Shown piece by piece: positions 38,359-59,070 of a stretch of DNA of 64,000 bases. The translations under genes were made by a program, and so were the position numbers. The stretch is from Macrostomum lignano. Taxonomy: Eukaryota. The DNA lies in assembly GCA_002269645.1 (NCBI GenBank), contig NIVC01001899.1, positions 159,855 through 223,854 on the forward strand. The letters run 5' to 3'. The notes beneath the pieces are model-generated. The model saw only the letters and a program-made list of their open reading frames with translations. It searched no databases and was not told the DNA's origin. The stretch's first letter is position 1, and every line of letters begins with the position of its first letter.

Positions 38359-38605
38359 CGACTCGCCCTGTTAAAGTTTTTGTAAACGGGAAAATGGATA
38401 CTAATAAATCACTGCATTCTACCTTTTCTTTTTGTAAATATAAATTACTTACAAATTTGCTATTATTGCAAAGTTTTATTTAACTAAGTGTAATGAACGT
38501 GCAACCGAAAGAAACGTGTATTATTCAAGAGTGTCATAAAGCATATTATATAGAGGGGCGAGGTGGACTGAGCAATCGATAGCAACGTACATGCAAGGAC
38601 TACTT

Positions 38606-38822
38606 AACAACTCAGGACGTTACACTTGCGAATGGTAGAAATTCTAGAAAAGGCCGCTTGCTCCGCTGTGTCTATGGAATGAAGCCCTTTCACTAACAAA
38701 CTCTCATACTCTCAGTGCTGCTTATCGAAAAGGCAGCTTATTGAAAAGCCATAGAAACAGCTAAAGCAAGCGGCCTTTTCTAGAATTTCTACCAATCGCG
38801 AGTGTAACGTCCTGAGTTGTTT
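38606..38822. repeat. Inverted repeat (arms of about 57-70 bp, 2 mismatches in the core), MITE-like, about 250 bp upstream of the VLIG ATG
   Basis: AACAACTCAGGACGTTACAC(T)TGCGA(A)TGGTAGAAATTCTAGAAAAGGCCGCTTGCT versus its reverse complement at 38765-38822. Confidence 0.9.
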
Positions 38823-39199
38823 TAACTTAAAAGTAGTCGTTGCGTACATGATTGGGGGACGGGGCGGCTGGGGCACAGATGAGCGTAACAATAAATTATA
38901 GTTACAAATGCATCACTGACACTAAGTATCTCTAAAAGCTTTTAAGTTATTATATATTCCTTGTCAGATTCTAGCTCGTGTGGCGGGTTAAAACAATTTA
39001 ATTTACTGAGTGTTTAGAAGACATTTAATTTACTGATTGTTTAGGAGACATTTATGAAATAGCTGCATGTATAAAGTGTCAATATAGCAAAATATGGACT
39101 TTTAGTGGCTGAAATCTCGCCTGCGGCACCAAACACGATTGCTTACTCATAGAGCACTAGCCAGGCGGATCGTTGCGGAGCCCTAAAAATTTGGGGACT

Positions 39200-39510
39200 T
39201 TGTGTGCTTTCTCTCTCGCGCCCTTATCTGCCACAGCCCGGTTTTAACCAGGGCCAGACTCACTCAATACTCACCTCGGGCCCAACCCCGTTCTCTCCGA
39301 CGTTAGTAGGCCCGAGAGCAACCCCAAGGGACACAGGGCGAGCTGATTTATCCCCCACCGCTGGTGCGGAGGACCGCTCGACCGAAGGGTCCTCCTGAGC
39401 GACATCACTTCGCTGGAAGTTATTGGTAGCCAGAGGCCGGCGGTCTCCGTCGCCTGCTCGCTTTACTGATGGACAACGCCCCCTGCACCTAAAGTCAAAG
39501 TAAGTCAAGC
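39200..39510 (+). mobile_element. 3' end of the RNase H non-LTR family (additional copy)
   Basis: Matches 16590-16730 and 17640-17700; ends in AAGTCAAAGTAAGTCAAG. Confidence 0.7.
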
Positions 39511-41000
39511 CCCCCGCGCCCACCATAGAATCTGTGACGACTGCCCCCGTCTGAAAACTGTTGTGTCTTCTAGCCTCTATGCCAAATGACCTTCCACTGT
39601 GAACAGACTCAGCTTATCGAAAAAGAGACCAGATGCACTTTCAAAGTTTTACGGCTCTAGCGGTTTAGCAAATTCACAGCTCTCAGCTCTTTTCGGAACA
39701 AAGCCTGTATGTACAAGCGAAATCAATGGAAGATTCAAAATTAAGTTTATTATCTTGAAGTTTAAAAAATACTAGAAATCAACACAAATGCATGGCAGAT
39801 GCTTGCATTAAAGCTGAAATAAATTGCTGTAAAAACTTACAAATATGATGGCTACTTACGAAAATTTGATGTTACTTCCTCGATAGCAAATGTATGAAGA
39901 TTAAAAGTCTCTCAGGTGAAAGCAATGGCAATAGAAACTGTGTAAGTTACCCAAGTCTATCCACTAAAATGATGCTCTTTTTATAGAGTGAAAAGGGAAC
40001 TTCTATTTTCGGTTTTCAACGAAAACACTTCAGTTTGTTTTCTTTCGCTTTATTATTTAACTGTTTACATAAGAGCCAAAAACAGGTAGATAGACTCATG
40101 TGACGTTTGTTTTCGTCATGTCAGATTTGAACTTTAACCGTCGTGTACATAAAAAATGGAACTTCGACTTTCGGTGTACATTCACTGCATCAAAAACAAA
40201 CTTTCGTGTGTAGATTTCTGCGGACTAAATAAAATCTAGACCTCCATCTTCATTGCACAGCCTTCTTTATTTTTAGAGCATGAAAATAGAAGTCTCTTGC
40301 TTTGAACTCTTAGGACTTTTTTTGGTAAACAGCTTCGTTTCAAACAATTAGACAATAACAGACGGCTCCCCGCCAAAAAACGTGCAAACCGTTAAGCGTG
40401 TCCATGAACTGATACAAAAATAGGCGTAGCCCTTAGGACGTTGCTATAAATTATTTTTTTACTAAAGCTCTCTGGATTGAACTGAATGGATTTAAAAATA
40501 AAGTAGTTCTATTCAAACAGTATTTCTGCTAATAGCCTACGGTCAACTCACTAGAGCCATCGGAATTTACACGTCGATGGTCCATTTAAAATCCGCTAGC
40601 TAACTTGTTTAGATTTGGTCTCCATGGAATTCTGCAGTATAGTCCATGTTAAAATTTTACATTTTATCCATCACGTAAGCTAACAATCAATATCCTACCT
40701 TCATACGGTACCCTCCCTGTTAAGCATCTATTCCAGCTTATTATTGAAGGCTAAAATAAATCTCAAATAAGAAAGCACGAATTCAATTCTTATAACGACA
40801 ACGTAATACGTAATACGTAAATGCACATGTACATCAAAAAAGGAAACATGCGTAATTCGAACGAAAACTTTTCTGCCGCGAGTTCAACTGACATTCGCCA
40901 TAGGTGCGAGTAAAATAGCAGTTTCTTTACCTCGGGGCTACGAGGTAATGTACACAGCTTAGTCTAACTCTCACTGTAACTGAGTTAATAATAATCAAAA

Positions 41001-41514
41001 GAGGATGTGAACTTAAGCGCGATTTGGAAGCCGTGAGTCAGGCAACCAAACCGCTGCGAAATTCTCACTATTCAGACCCAAAATAGACAAGAAAAGCGTA
41101 ATTGATCTTTCTTCCACTCCGGCCGCTTCCGCATGGGATAAATGGGGAAAAATGGGGATTTCATGTGAACTTAAGGCTCTGAAATGGAAACGGTGGCCGA
41201 TTGAGCCGGTTTCTCTATCGGATCTCTCTACTGGACCGACAATGAGACAAGAATCGTTAAAAACCGCATCCGATTTTTAACGAGATCCGAGATCCGATAG
41301 AGAAACCGGCTCAATCGGCCACCGCTTCCATTTCAGAGCCTTAAGTTCACATGAAATCCCCATTTTTCCCCATTTATCCCATGCGGAAGCGGCCGGAGTG
41401 GAAGAAAGATCAATTACGCTTTTCTTGTCTATTTTGGGTCTGAATAGTGAGAATTTCGCAGCGGTTTGGTTGCCTGACTCACGGCTTCCAAATCGCGCTT
41501 AAGTTCACATCCTC
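41001..41514. repeat. Near-perfect long inverted repeat (foldback): 226-bp arms at 41001-41226 and 41289-41514, 62-bp spacer
   Basis: Arms are reverse complements with one visible mismatch (GGAAACGG vs GGAAGCGG); no obvious TSD. Confidence 0.95.
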
Positions 41515-42310
41515 AGCTCCACCGTACCGAGAGTCTTGCATGCATGGGGTCTATATAAAGTTAAGTTTATCGTGTATAACATTCGTGTGGTGAACTATAG
41601 CTAACTATATAAATGCTTTTTTGGCCTCGCATGATTTTTTACTTATTATGATCGCTAATTTACAGTACAAATATGAGTAGTTCGCGTAAAGAATCGACAT
41701 TGAAGGACGCAGTCCAGCTTTTTAAACAGCGCAACTTTTAGAGCGAAAATCTCCCGAAAGTCCGTAAAGCGGCAGATCCCTATACGAGCTAGCTGGGGTC
41801 AAGGGGTCACCCGCCTCCCAGGAAAACTGAAAGAATACAAGTTGAAGCAAAAATAAGCTGCAATATATGTACTTGGTAGGAGGAGATGCATGTGTTTTAA
41901 AACTTTTTCATCTCTCGAAATGCTTTCTTGCCTAACATTTTTTTTTTAATCTATTCGTCATAATAAATACACTTAGTTACAAATTCTATCATAAATGAAA
42001 CACAAAACGCAAAAATTTCAGGCGACAAAACAAAATCTATATAAGCACAGTGCGATAATTATCGCCCGTTGTTAACAAATCGATATAGATTATTTAGTAA
42101 TAGTATTCTAGAAACAATTGATTCAAAGCATTCACTTGAGATTGCAACTATGCAATTAGAAGTATAGTTCAGAGAAAACTGCAGCACTGTGTCATATTTT
42201 ACAAATCGAGCAATATCACTCAATCTGATCATTTCAACAGATTCGTGAGAAATGCTTATATAATTTTACAGCAAATCGCCTCCTACAAGCGCGTGGATGT
42301 ACATTGTGAT

Positions 42311-50932
<8,622 letters not shown>

Positions 50933-51959
50933 CTCAAAGCCCAGTTTCTGTCTCGAATTCTAGCAGCACGGATCGGATCAGGACTTGGGAGGCTGACCGC
51001 ATCTTTATACTGAGTGCCAGCAAGTCTGCATGCATGGGCTGTGCATGCACTGGCCAATGAGAGCTCAGGAAGAAGGTGGTGGGTTGATAATCGCTTAGCC
51101 ACATGAGGTCAGACCAGGCTCTGAAGAGAGTCCACGCCAGACCAGCCAAAGTGTGAGGAGTTATTAAAATGAAGAATAATTTCAGGAAGCTTCCCACAGT
51201 GCCCCGCCCCGCCTGTCTGTGCAGATCTTCCCTGCAGACCCCCCTAAATTGCTTGGAATTGTAAGCCTTGGCCAAATTGGTCAAATAATACTTTTTTTCT
51301 ATGCACATCGCACAGCTGGCGCTCCTCTAGGAGCAGCAGCCCACCGCAACGCCGCCTCTCTATTCAGTGCTACGGCGGCAGGCACACACTGGACATCCCA
51401 CACTGTAATAGAGAAAAAAAAGCAGCCAGAATCCAGATGAAGTGCCGTATAGATTGCCACTCAATTCTACCTGTCCCTCCCTCTCTCTCTAGCCTCCCAC
51501 AAAGCAGGCAAAATGCGTGTGATTGACACCTGCCAGCTGCGGCTGGTGGTCTTGGCTTGCAGTGTCTCACCTGCTGCCTCCGCACAGTCTGGGGTGCGCG
51601 CAGACGACGCCACTCAGACGCTTGAAATCTCTTAATACATCTTTTATATCTACTGTGTTATCTTACTCAGAAGCTTAAAAAATAATGGGCTCGCCAATTA
51701 TACAGACTGACAGCTCTTACAAAGCAGATTTGCAGCCGGAAGCTTAGAAAAACACTAGCAGATGTCATGGATTGTCTCCAAACCTGTATTAGGAAGAGAG
51801 GATTAAATTTGTCAAACACCAAGGGATGTCAATTGTCAAGGTCAGTGGTGACTAGGGCTTTCCAAGGTCGGCAGGTAAGACAATGGAGTCAAAGAGAACT
51901 CGGCTGAAAACTAGCGGATAGGGAAGGGTCGTCAGTGGGACTGAGGGGGAGAGCGCCAG

Positions 51960-52745
51960 GAAAGTCAGGGGCTGTCAGGAAAAACAGGGTGTTAGAAGGC
52001 AGGGAGTGTCAAAGGTGTCGGAGGTGTCAGGGAGGTCAGGGGGGTCAGGGAGGGCAGGGTGTCAGGGAGGCAGGGGTATCAGAAAGCTACAGGTGTCAGT
52101 GAGGACAGGGGTGTCAGGGAGGCAGGGGTATCAGGGAGGGCAGGGGTGTCAGGGAGGGAAGGGGTGTCAGAAAGTTACAGGTGTCAGGGATGTCAGGGGT
52201 GTCAGGGAGGGCAGGGGTGTCAGGGATGTCAGGGGTGTCAGGGAGGCAGGGGTGTCAGGGAGGCAGGGGTGTCAGGGAGGGCAGGGGTGTCAGGGAGGGA
52301 AGGGGTGTCAGAAAGTTACAGGTGTCAGGGATGTCAGGGGTGTCAGGGAGGGCAGGGGTGTCAGGGATGTCAGGGGTATCAGGGAGGCAGGGGTGTCAGG
52401 GAGGCAGGGGTGTCAGGGAGGGCAGGGGTGTCAGGGAGGGAAGGGGTGTCAGAAAGTTACAGGTGTCAGGGATGTCAGGGGTGTCAGGGAGGGCAGGGGT
52501 GTCAGGGATGTCAGGGGTGTCAGGGAGGGCAGGGGTGTCAGGGATGTCAGGGGTGTCAGGGAGGCAGGGGTGTCAGGGAGGCAGGGGCGTCAGGGAGACA
52601 GCTAGGGGCGTCAGGGAGGCAGAGGCGTCAGGGAGGCAGGGGCGTCAGGGAGACAGCTAGGGCGTCAGGGAGACAGCTAGGGCGTCAGGGAGGCAGAGGC
52701 GTCAGGGAGGCAGGGGCGTCAGGGAGGCAGGGGTATCAGGGGGAT
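51960..52745. repeat. G-rich compound minisatellite (GGGGTGTCAGGGA(G/T)G variants) with higher-order blocks; G-quadruplex-prone
   Basis: Tandem repetition, repeated AGAAAGTTACAGGTGTCAGGG anchor. Confidence 0.92.
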
Positions 52746-53359
52746 GGGGAAGTGGCAGGTAGACAGGTACACTGGCAAGGAGCTAAGGCATCGGTGCAAT
52801 AAGATAGGTCAAATGTACACAGCAGAATGTACAGTACAGTTGATGCAGTTCGCACCTGGCACAAATAACGCGCTCTTTACTCTTATCGATATTACGCTAC
52901 AGACTCGGCAAATTTTAAAACTATTTGGCAAAGTAAAAATTTCTTAAAGCGGGCATGCATTCAGTGAACAAAGCAACTACCAAGACAAACACACAGCAGA
53001 GGCATAACAGTCCAAGCCAGTCGTTCAACCGAATTCAGCTAAGTCTGAAATTCCTGCGGATTGAACTGCAAGGTCGCCTTACCAACAGCAGCAGCCGCCC
53101 GCCATCAATCACCGAACCCCGAGCGCGCGGAGGGCAGCGAACAGGCGTTGCCATGCAAATTGCATTAGCCAGAAACACAGCCGAATAGGCTTAGAAAGCG
53201 ATAATATTGGCAACAGGCAGACAATGTCAACGTCAAAATAACCATTTACCCCCGTGACCGAGGCCCTGCCCATGCATCATGGTTTTGCAAGAGTGCATTG
53301 GTAACTTTTTCCGTGCCAATTGAGCTTGGGCTTTTCGGTTTGCACAATGGGATTAAGAT

Positions 53360-53850
53360 CCTTAGGATTGGGATTTAGATTTTGGGGATTGGGATTTTGA
53401 TTCTCGGGGTCGGGATTTTGATTTTCAGGGTTGGGATTTTGATTCTCGGAGTAATGGTTTTGATTTTGAGGGTTGGGATTTTGATTCTTGGGGTCGGGAT
53501 TTTGATTTTCAGGATTAGGATTTTGATTTTCAGGGTTGGGATTCTGATTTTCAGGATTAGGATTTTGATTTTCAGGGTTGGGATTTTGATTTTCAGGGTT
53601 GGGATTTTGATTCTCGGAGTAATGGTTTTGATTTTGAGGGTTGGGATTTTGATTCTTGGGGTCGGGATTTTGATTTTCAGGATTAGGATTTTGATTTTCA
53701 GGGTTGGGATTTTGATTTTCAGGATTAGGATTTTGATTTTCAGGGTTGGGATTTTGATTTTCAGGGTTGGGATTTTGATTCTCGGAGTAAGGATTTTGTT
53801 CTCGGAGTAGGGATTTTGATTTTACGGAGTGAGATTTTGAGTCTAAGGAG
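53360..53850. repeat. 21 bp minisatellite GGGATTTTGATTTTCAGGGTT
   Basis: Tandem repetition. Confidence 0.93.
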
Positions 53851-54150
53851 GGATCGAAATTTTGATTCTGGGGATCGGGGCTCTGGTTTTCAAGATATGA
53901 ACTACGATTTTCAGCTTGCCTCCCTGACCTGATTTTCAGTAAAAAGAATTAAAGACGAATTTTGACAAGTCCAAACTATTTTTCCACGAACAACAAGCAG
54001 TTCAACAATAAGGCTGGCCTGCCGGGCATAGCCAAGCTATTCCATCGCTTTATTGTGTGCAATTTTTGTTTTCCCAATGCACAAGCAGACAAGCGCTAAA
54101 CCGCTTCATCAATTCTGTAACAATTTTTTTTACTCAACAATGCTCATAGT

Positions 54151-56022
54151 TCACTTCTTGCGCGCCTCGGCAAACACCTGATAGGCGATTCTGTCCAGAT
54201 CGCGCCTGCCCTGCGACGTGAGCAGCCGGCCGCCCGACTCGTCCTTGGCCACCAGGCCCATGGACTCCAGGCCCTGCAGGCATTTGCGCAGCGGGCCGCG
54301 GTAGCAACGCGACGAATGGTTGGGACGGTGGCCGCGCCGGTTCACCTTGCCATAGACCTTGGTGAGAGCGCCGACGCCCACCTGCAGAAATTAGACAAAA
54401 TTTGCGTATTACACTACTGCTTTTATGTGAGTAGAGTATTTATTGGTTTTTCTTATTGTTTGTTTCGTATTTTTTCATCAAATGCAACAAATGGGTCTGC
54501 ATGCGGTGTGACAATCGAGGATGGCCCAGCAGCTGAGGATCTGGGAGGGTGGCCCAGCAACTGACGATCTAGGAGGGTGGCCCAGCAACTGAGGATCTGG
54601 GAGGGTGGCTCAGCAACTGAGGATCTGGGAGGGTGGCTCAGCAACTGAGGATCTGGGAGGCTGGCCCAGCAACTGAGGATCTAGGAGGGTGGCTCAGCAA
54701 CTGACGATCTAGGAGGGTGGCTCAGCAACTGACGATCTAGGAGGGTGGCTCAGCAACTGAGGATCTGGGAAGCTGGCCTAAAAACAGAAGATTAAAGAGG
54801 CTGGCCCAGCAACTGAGGATCTGGGAGGCTGGCCCTGCAACTGAGGATCTGGGAGGCTGGCCCTGCAACTGAGGATCTGGGAGGCTGGCCCAGCAACTGA
54901 GGATCTGGGAGGCTGGCCCAACAACTAAGGATCTGGGAGGCTGGCCCAGCAACTGAGGATCTGGGATGCTGGCCCAGCAACTGACGATCTAGGAGGGTGG
55001 CTCAGCAACTGAGGATCTGGGAGGGTGGCTCAGCAACTGAGGATCTGGGAGGGTGGCTCAGCAACTGAGGATCTGGGAGGCTGGCCCAGCAACTGAGGAT
55101 CTAGGAGGGTGGCTCAGCAACTGACGATCTAGGAGGGTGGCTCAGCAACTGACGATCTAGGAGGGTGGCTCAGCAACTGAGGATCTGGGAAGCTGGCCTA
55201 AAAACAGAAGATTAAAGAGGCTGGCCCAGCAACTGAGGATCTGGGAGGCTGGCCCTGCAACTGAGGATCTGGGAGGCTGGCCCAGCAACTGAGGATCTGG
55301 GAGGCTGGCCTAACAACTGAGCTTCTGGGAGGCTGGCTCAGCAACTGAGGTTCTAGAGGTTATGCCGCCGTAACAATCGATTACTACTATCCTAGCAAAT
55401 AGGATAGTAGCCCAGCGGTAGCGCAGGCTCTGGTGTGCCAGCGACCCAGGCTCGATTTCAAGTGCAGTCACATTAATTTGGGGCTGAATTGGAATCTCGG
55501 CTTGGCTCTACTCGTGCAATTAACGGCCTTGAGAGCCAACCCCCCAAGGCGCAGTGAAGTGCACATGCCTAACGATAATATAAAGTTAGGGCCGCTGTAC
55601 ACTCCTGTGTGAGCGTGTGCCTGCGTACGTATCCGCGCGCTTGTATGCCTGCTCAGGGGAGTCGGCGGAATGGGCAGTAATGCCTCTCGCCGGTTGTGTG
55701 CCATGTCGCTTAAAGTGCGACAGGTTGCACACAACCCCCCTGCCTCTAAAAAAAATCCTAGCAAATTATAAAAAGTCGCGCAACGCACCGGGGCGCGGAT
55801 GTACAAATGGCGCAGAATAGAGCCGGCGCGCACGTAAAACCAATCGGAGTCGCTGGGGGCCAGTTCGTTGGCGGCTGACAGTTTGACAACGTCAGCCCAT
55901 TCAGGCACGGGCAGTTTGCCGGTCTTCTTCAGGAAGGCGGCCAGAGCCCGGACCAGCTTCTGCTGGTTAACATCCTTGACGCCCACAAACTGGTGTGGGT
56001 CTTTGGCTGGTGCTTGAGCCAT
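54151..56022 (-). CDS. RPS19: 40S ribosomal protein S19 (eS19), 154 aa. Exons 56022-55789 and 54381-54151
   Basis: [33 protein letters not shown]...[24 protein letters not shown]|[11 protein letters not shown]...RRGHRPNH...LQGLE..GLV.K...GGR.LT.QG.RDLDRIA; phase-0 GT-AG intron. Confidence 0.97.
54517..55350. repeat. 28 bp minisatellite GGCCCAGCAACTGAGGATCTGGGAGG(C/G)T in the RPS19 intron, with a 420-bp (15-unit) higher-order duplication
   Basis: 54601-54840 is identical to 55021-55260. Confidence 0.95.
55401..55754 (+). mobile_element. Full-length tRNA-derived SINE (about 354 bp) with A-tail and 12-bp TSD, antisense in the RPS19 intron
   Basis: TSD ATCCTAGCAAAT at 55389-55400 and 55755-55766; A box TAGCCCAGCGG; degenerate B box GGCTCGATTTC; A run at 55748-55755. 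Confidence 0.75.
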
Positions 56023-56369
56023 GCAATATTAGAATTATTTTTAATTGATAAGTACGAGTACTCAGTTGAGCTGTGCTCGACGAGTCGAGTCAAGTTTTGA
56101 GTTATTACAAACAGTTGAAAAAATTCAAATGCATATAATACTTGTAGTTCCTTCACTTTCAAAGTAACAGTGCATTAGAAAGTGACAGATATGGCCCCAT
56201 AAGCCACCTATAGAATCGCATAGTAGTGCTTCAGTAGGCAACAATTTTGAGGCTCGAATAGGATCCTAGGATATGGCCATACTTGATAGCTAGTCAGACA
56301 AGATTATTTCCTAAATAACTACAAGATAGTAAGCTAGACTTTGTACCTCCTCGGACACTCCCATTCTGT

Positions 56370-56570
56370 GAATGTCTAGAAAGGTCGACCGCAAGGTTGA
56401 GGCATCAGCCCGGTTCTCTTGAACCTGGTCATGGACGAGCTGCTCAGCAGCCCAAATCTAGAACCGGTACAAAGGTCGGCCACGCGGACGACGTTACCAC
56501 TGTGGCTGGAACATCGCCTGCGGTCCTAAGAGACCTCTTTTCAAGCTTTCATCCATCGTGCTGAGCGCTG
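56370..56570 (+). mobile_element. Decayed non-LTR reverse transcriptase fragment
   Basis: KGRPQG*GISPVLLNLVMDELL ... (frameshift) VGHADDVT. Confidence 0.7.
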
Positions 56571-56779
56571 CTGCGGTCTCAAACTCTAAGTCTAAAAAAG
56601 TTGCCACAAAGCACTTTCAGCTGTCAAAAGTACATTTAGTTTATGAGATCAAGCCTCTGCCAAATCATTAATTTAGCTATAGCACTCAACATCCGCACTC
56701 AAGGCAATGGCCAAGCGATTCTGTGCTGCATTTAGAGTCGCAGAATAACCCAAACTTCTCTCTTTTGAGCCGGCAACGA

Positions 56780-57830
56780 AATGCGTCCTATTTTTTTGCC
56801 TAGAGATACTGCTGAAGAAATTATCAAAGCAACAAATAGGACTGGCCATTACAGACTTGGGGCAGTGACTTTGAAGACTGTGATATTGTTGAAATGGAAA
56901 GCTTCATTGGAGCACTGTGTTAGCTGCTCACGCGTCAGAACATGCATAATGAAAGTGCATAGCAAATTTGGTTTATTGACCCAAAATGAGCCTCACACTG
57001 TCATCCAAAATACGCCTTTTTGGTGACAGGTGGCTTCTCCCTAGAAACATTTTTTTTTGCAAATATGCAGTTGTATCTCGTTTAAAGGTCGCAAAAGCCA
57101 GATTTCAAGGGCTGCCATGGATCCAATCTATGGCAATCGAGCTCTTCAGGAGCTTGCATCTGTATCGATGAGCCCAGCAACTGAGGATCTGAGAGGCTGG
57201 CCCAGCAATTAAGGATCTGGGAGACAGGCCCAGCAACTAGATCTAGGAGGCCAGCCAGAAATGGCGTTAAGTCTTTCACTGCAACAACTGCTCGAAATAC
57301 AGCGACACTTCATTGTGTACAAGCCAGAATTGTACGCCGCAGACAACAACCTACTGATGAAAGTGGAGAACGATGGCGTCAGCAAATACTTAAGTAGCGA
57401 GCAAGTGCTGCTCCATCTATCTGACATTTTCAAAAGATTCTGGGTAAACATTACTGCTGACCTTTTTACGAGTACTAAGCCCAATGGTGGCCGCAGCACT
57501 CTAAAATAAAAAATAACTCTTCTTGGAACCGTGACACACGATTGCCAAGGGCTTGTCACCTCAGTTCAAAGACAACAGGAGACCAAGTCATCTGGAGTTT
57601 TTTTACAGTCGTAAATACTGCAAGCAAACAGATGACTGTAATTCTGTTGTCTACTAATCACCATGACAGCCAACGTGTGCCTCCAAAGAACAAGCCAGCG
57701 CTGGCCCAGCACTACAATGTAACCAAGACTGGCACCAATACAATTAATAGAATGGTTACCACGATGGACTACCATTGCATATCATATGAGCTTGGGCTCA
57801 TACTGTCTTCAAAAGACCATTATCACTGGA
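56780..57830 (+). mobile_element. Decayed piggyBac (PGBD4-like) transposase fragments
   Basis: EEIIKATN; VNITADLFTS (IT.DNFFTS-like); VILLSTNHH..PPKNKPALAQHYNVTKTG (KP..I..YN.TK.GVD-like), broken by stops and frameshifts. Confidence 0.75.
57170..57256. repeat. Three units of the RPS19-intron 28-bp minisatellite inserted in the piggyBac relic
   Basis: GCCCAGCAACTGAGGATCTGAGAGGCTGGCCCAGCAATTAAGGATCTGGGAG. Confidence 0.9.
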
Positions 57831-57886
57831 CACATGCTCATTGTAGCATGGATCAATGGACACAGTTACCATCTTTCAGGTCACAC

Positions 57887-58352
57887 CACAGATACTAAAA
57901 TAACTAGATGGGCCACTCAGGCATATATACATAGTAAATCAGCTTTCTACTTTCAGTTCAGTAGCAAAGAAGAATACATAAGCTATTTCATAAAAATAAA
58001 GCCAGCTGAAACGACTTTGATATGATAAGTTTAGAAGCCCAAGCTTGCAGGCGTAAAGAATTTGCTAATTGGTTCAGCAATAATGTACATTAGCCAGTCC
58101 ACTGAAATGTACATGGCAGCTTTAGGCTGGAATTCCGAGGAAGGCAATAAAAATTGGGGCGAGGCAGGGGGCAGTGTAGAAAGGCGCGGTTTTAGGTTTT
58201 AACCTGGGGGGCCCATGAGGGTGGTAAGAGCCAATAAATGAGACTTGTCTTTAAAAATACATTAAAATGGTTCTGTTTAACACACTACTGAACTAAAAGT
58301 AGCTTACACGCAAATGTGCTGAGTGGCCCATCTAGTTATTCTAGTATCTGTG
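57887..58352. mobile_element. 466-bp MITE with ~34-bp TIRs (CACAGATACTA(A/G)AATAACTAGATGGGCCACTCAG) and an 8-bp TSD
   Basis: TIRs with 1 mismatch; flanks GGTCACAC (57879-57886) and GGTCACCC (58353-58360), 7/8 identical; second copy at 19288. Confidence 0.8.
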
Positions 58353-58599
58353 GGTCACCCTGGCCTAATGCACAAAGAATTTATTCTTCAAGTTGCTTCC
58401 AGTTTGCTTTAACTACAGATTGAATGTCATGTAGATGATCCAACATGAAGCATTTAAGGTCTCCAGCCAGGAAGTTGTTGTGTATGTCATCAAAAACTTA
58501 AAGGATATTTAAAGTTTGACCAACAAAATATGCATTGGACAACAACACCACTAATTATAGAAGCCAAACTTGGGTGCTAGGTGCCACACTAGCTAGGAG

Positions 58600-59070
58600 C
58601 CCATGACCTGGAGTGCCACATGAAGGTTACTCTCAGTCAATTGCAACAAGCTGCTTGGTTGGACAACATGGGTATAAAAAGTGGTACCACTACATCACTA
58701 TCAATTGCTGGCAATAGCAGTATGGCATCAATAAAAATAAAATACAAGCCAGTGAGCAAGCTTCATCCCAAGAAAGTCATGCTATCCATTTTCTGGAACA
58801 CCAAAAGAATCATCATATGGGAGCTGATATTCAAGAACCAGATTATCACTGCCAACTACAATCAGCAGCTAGATTCTGCAATATGCTTTGACCAAAAAGT
58901 GCCTTGAGAATGTTGCAAAGTTGTCTTGCTATATGAAAATGCAATAAGGCTCAATCGATGTTCAAGAAGCTGCTAATGTTGGGTTGGAAGATTCTTCCCT
59001 ACCCAACTTATAAGCTTAGATATTGTACCTATCAACTACTACCTTTTTGCCAAGTGCCTGGAACAAAAAG
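58600..59070 (+). mobile_element. Decayed mariner (Tc1/mariner, D,D34D-type) transposase fragment
   Basis: KLHPKKVMLSIFWNTKRIIIWELI..NQIITANYNQQL; downstream VVLLYENA and LGWKILPYPTY..DIVP..YYLF (HDNARPH and YSPDLAP relics). Confidence 0.85.

Noticed and set aside
33817-38374. Numerous short ORFs overlapping the VLIG gene in other frames or antisense
   Set aside because: Shadow ORFs expected in a long GC-balanced coding sequence; no motifs.
54382-55788. Intronic snoRNA expected in a ribosomal protein gene
   Set aside because: No convincing C/D or H/ACA box arrangement found; the non-repetitive part of the intron is accounted for by the SINE.
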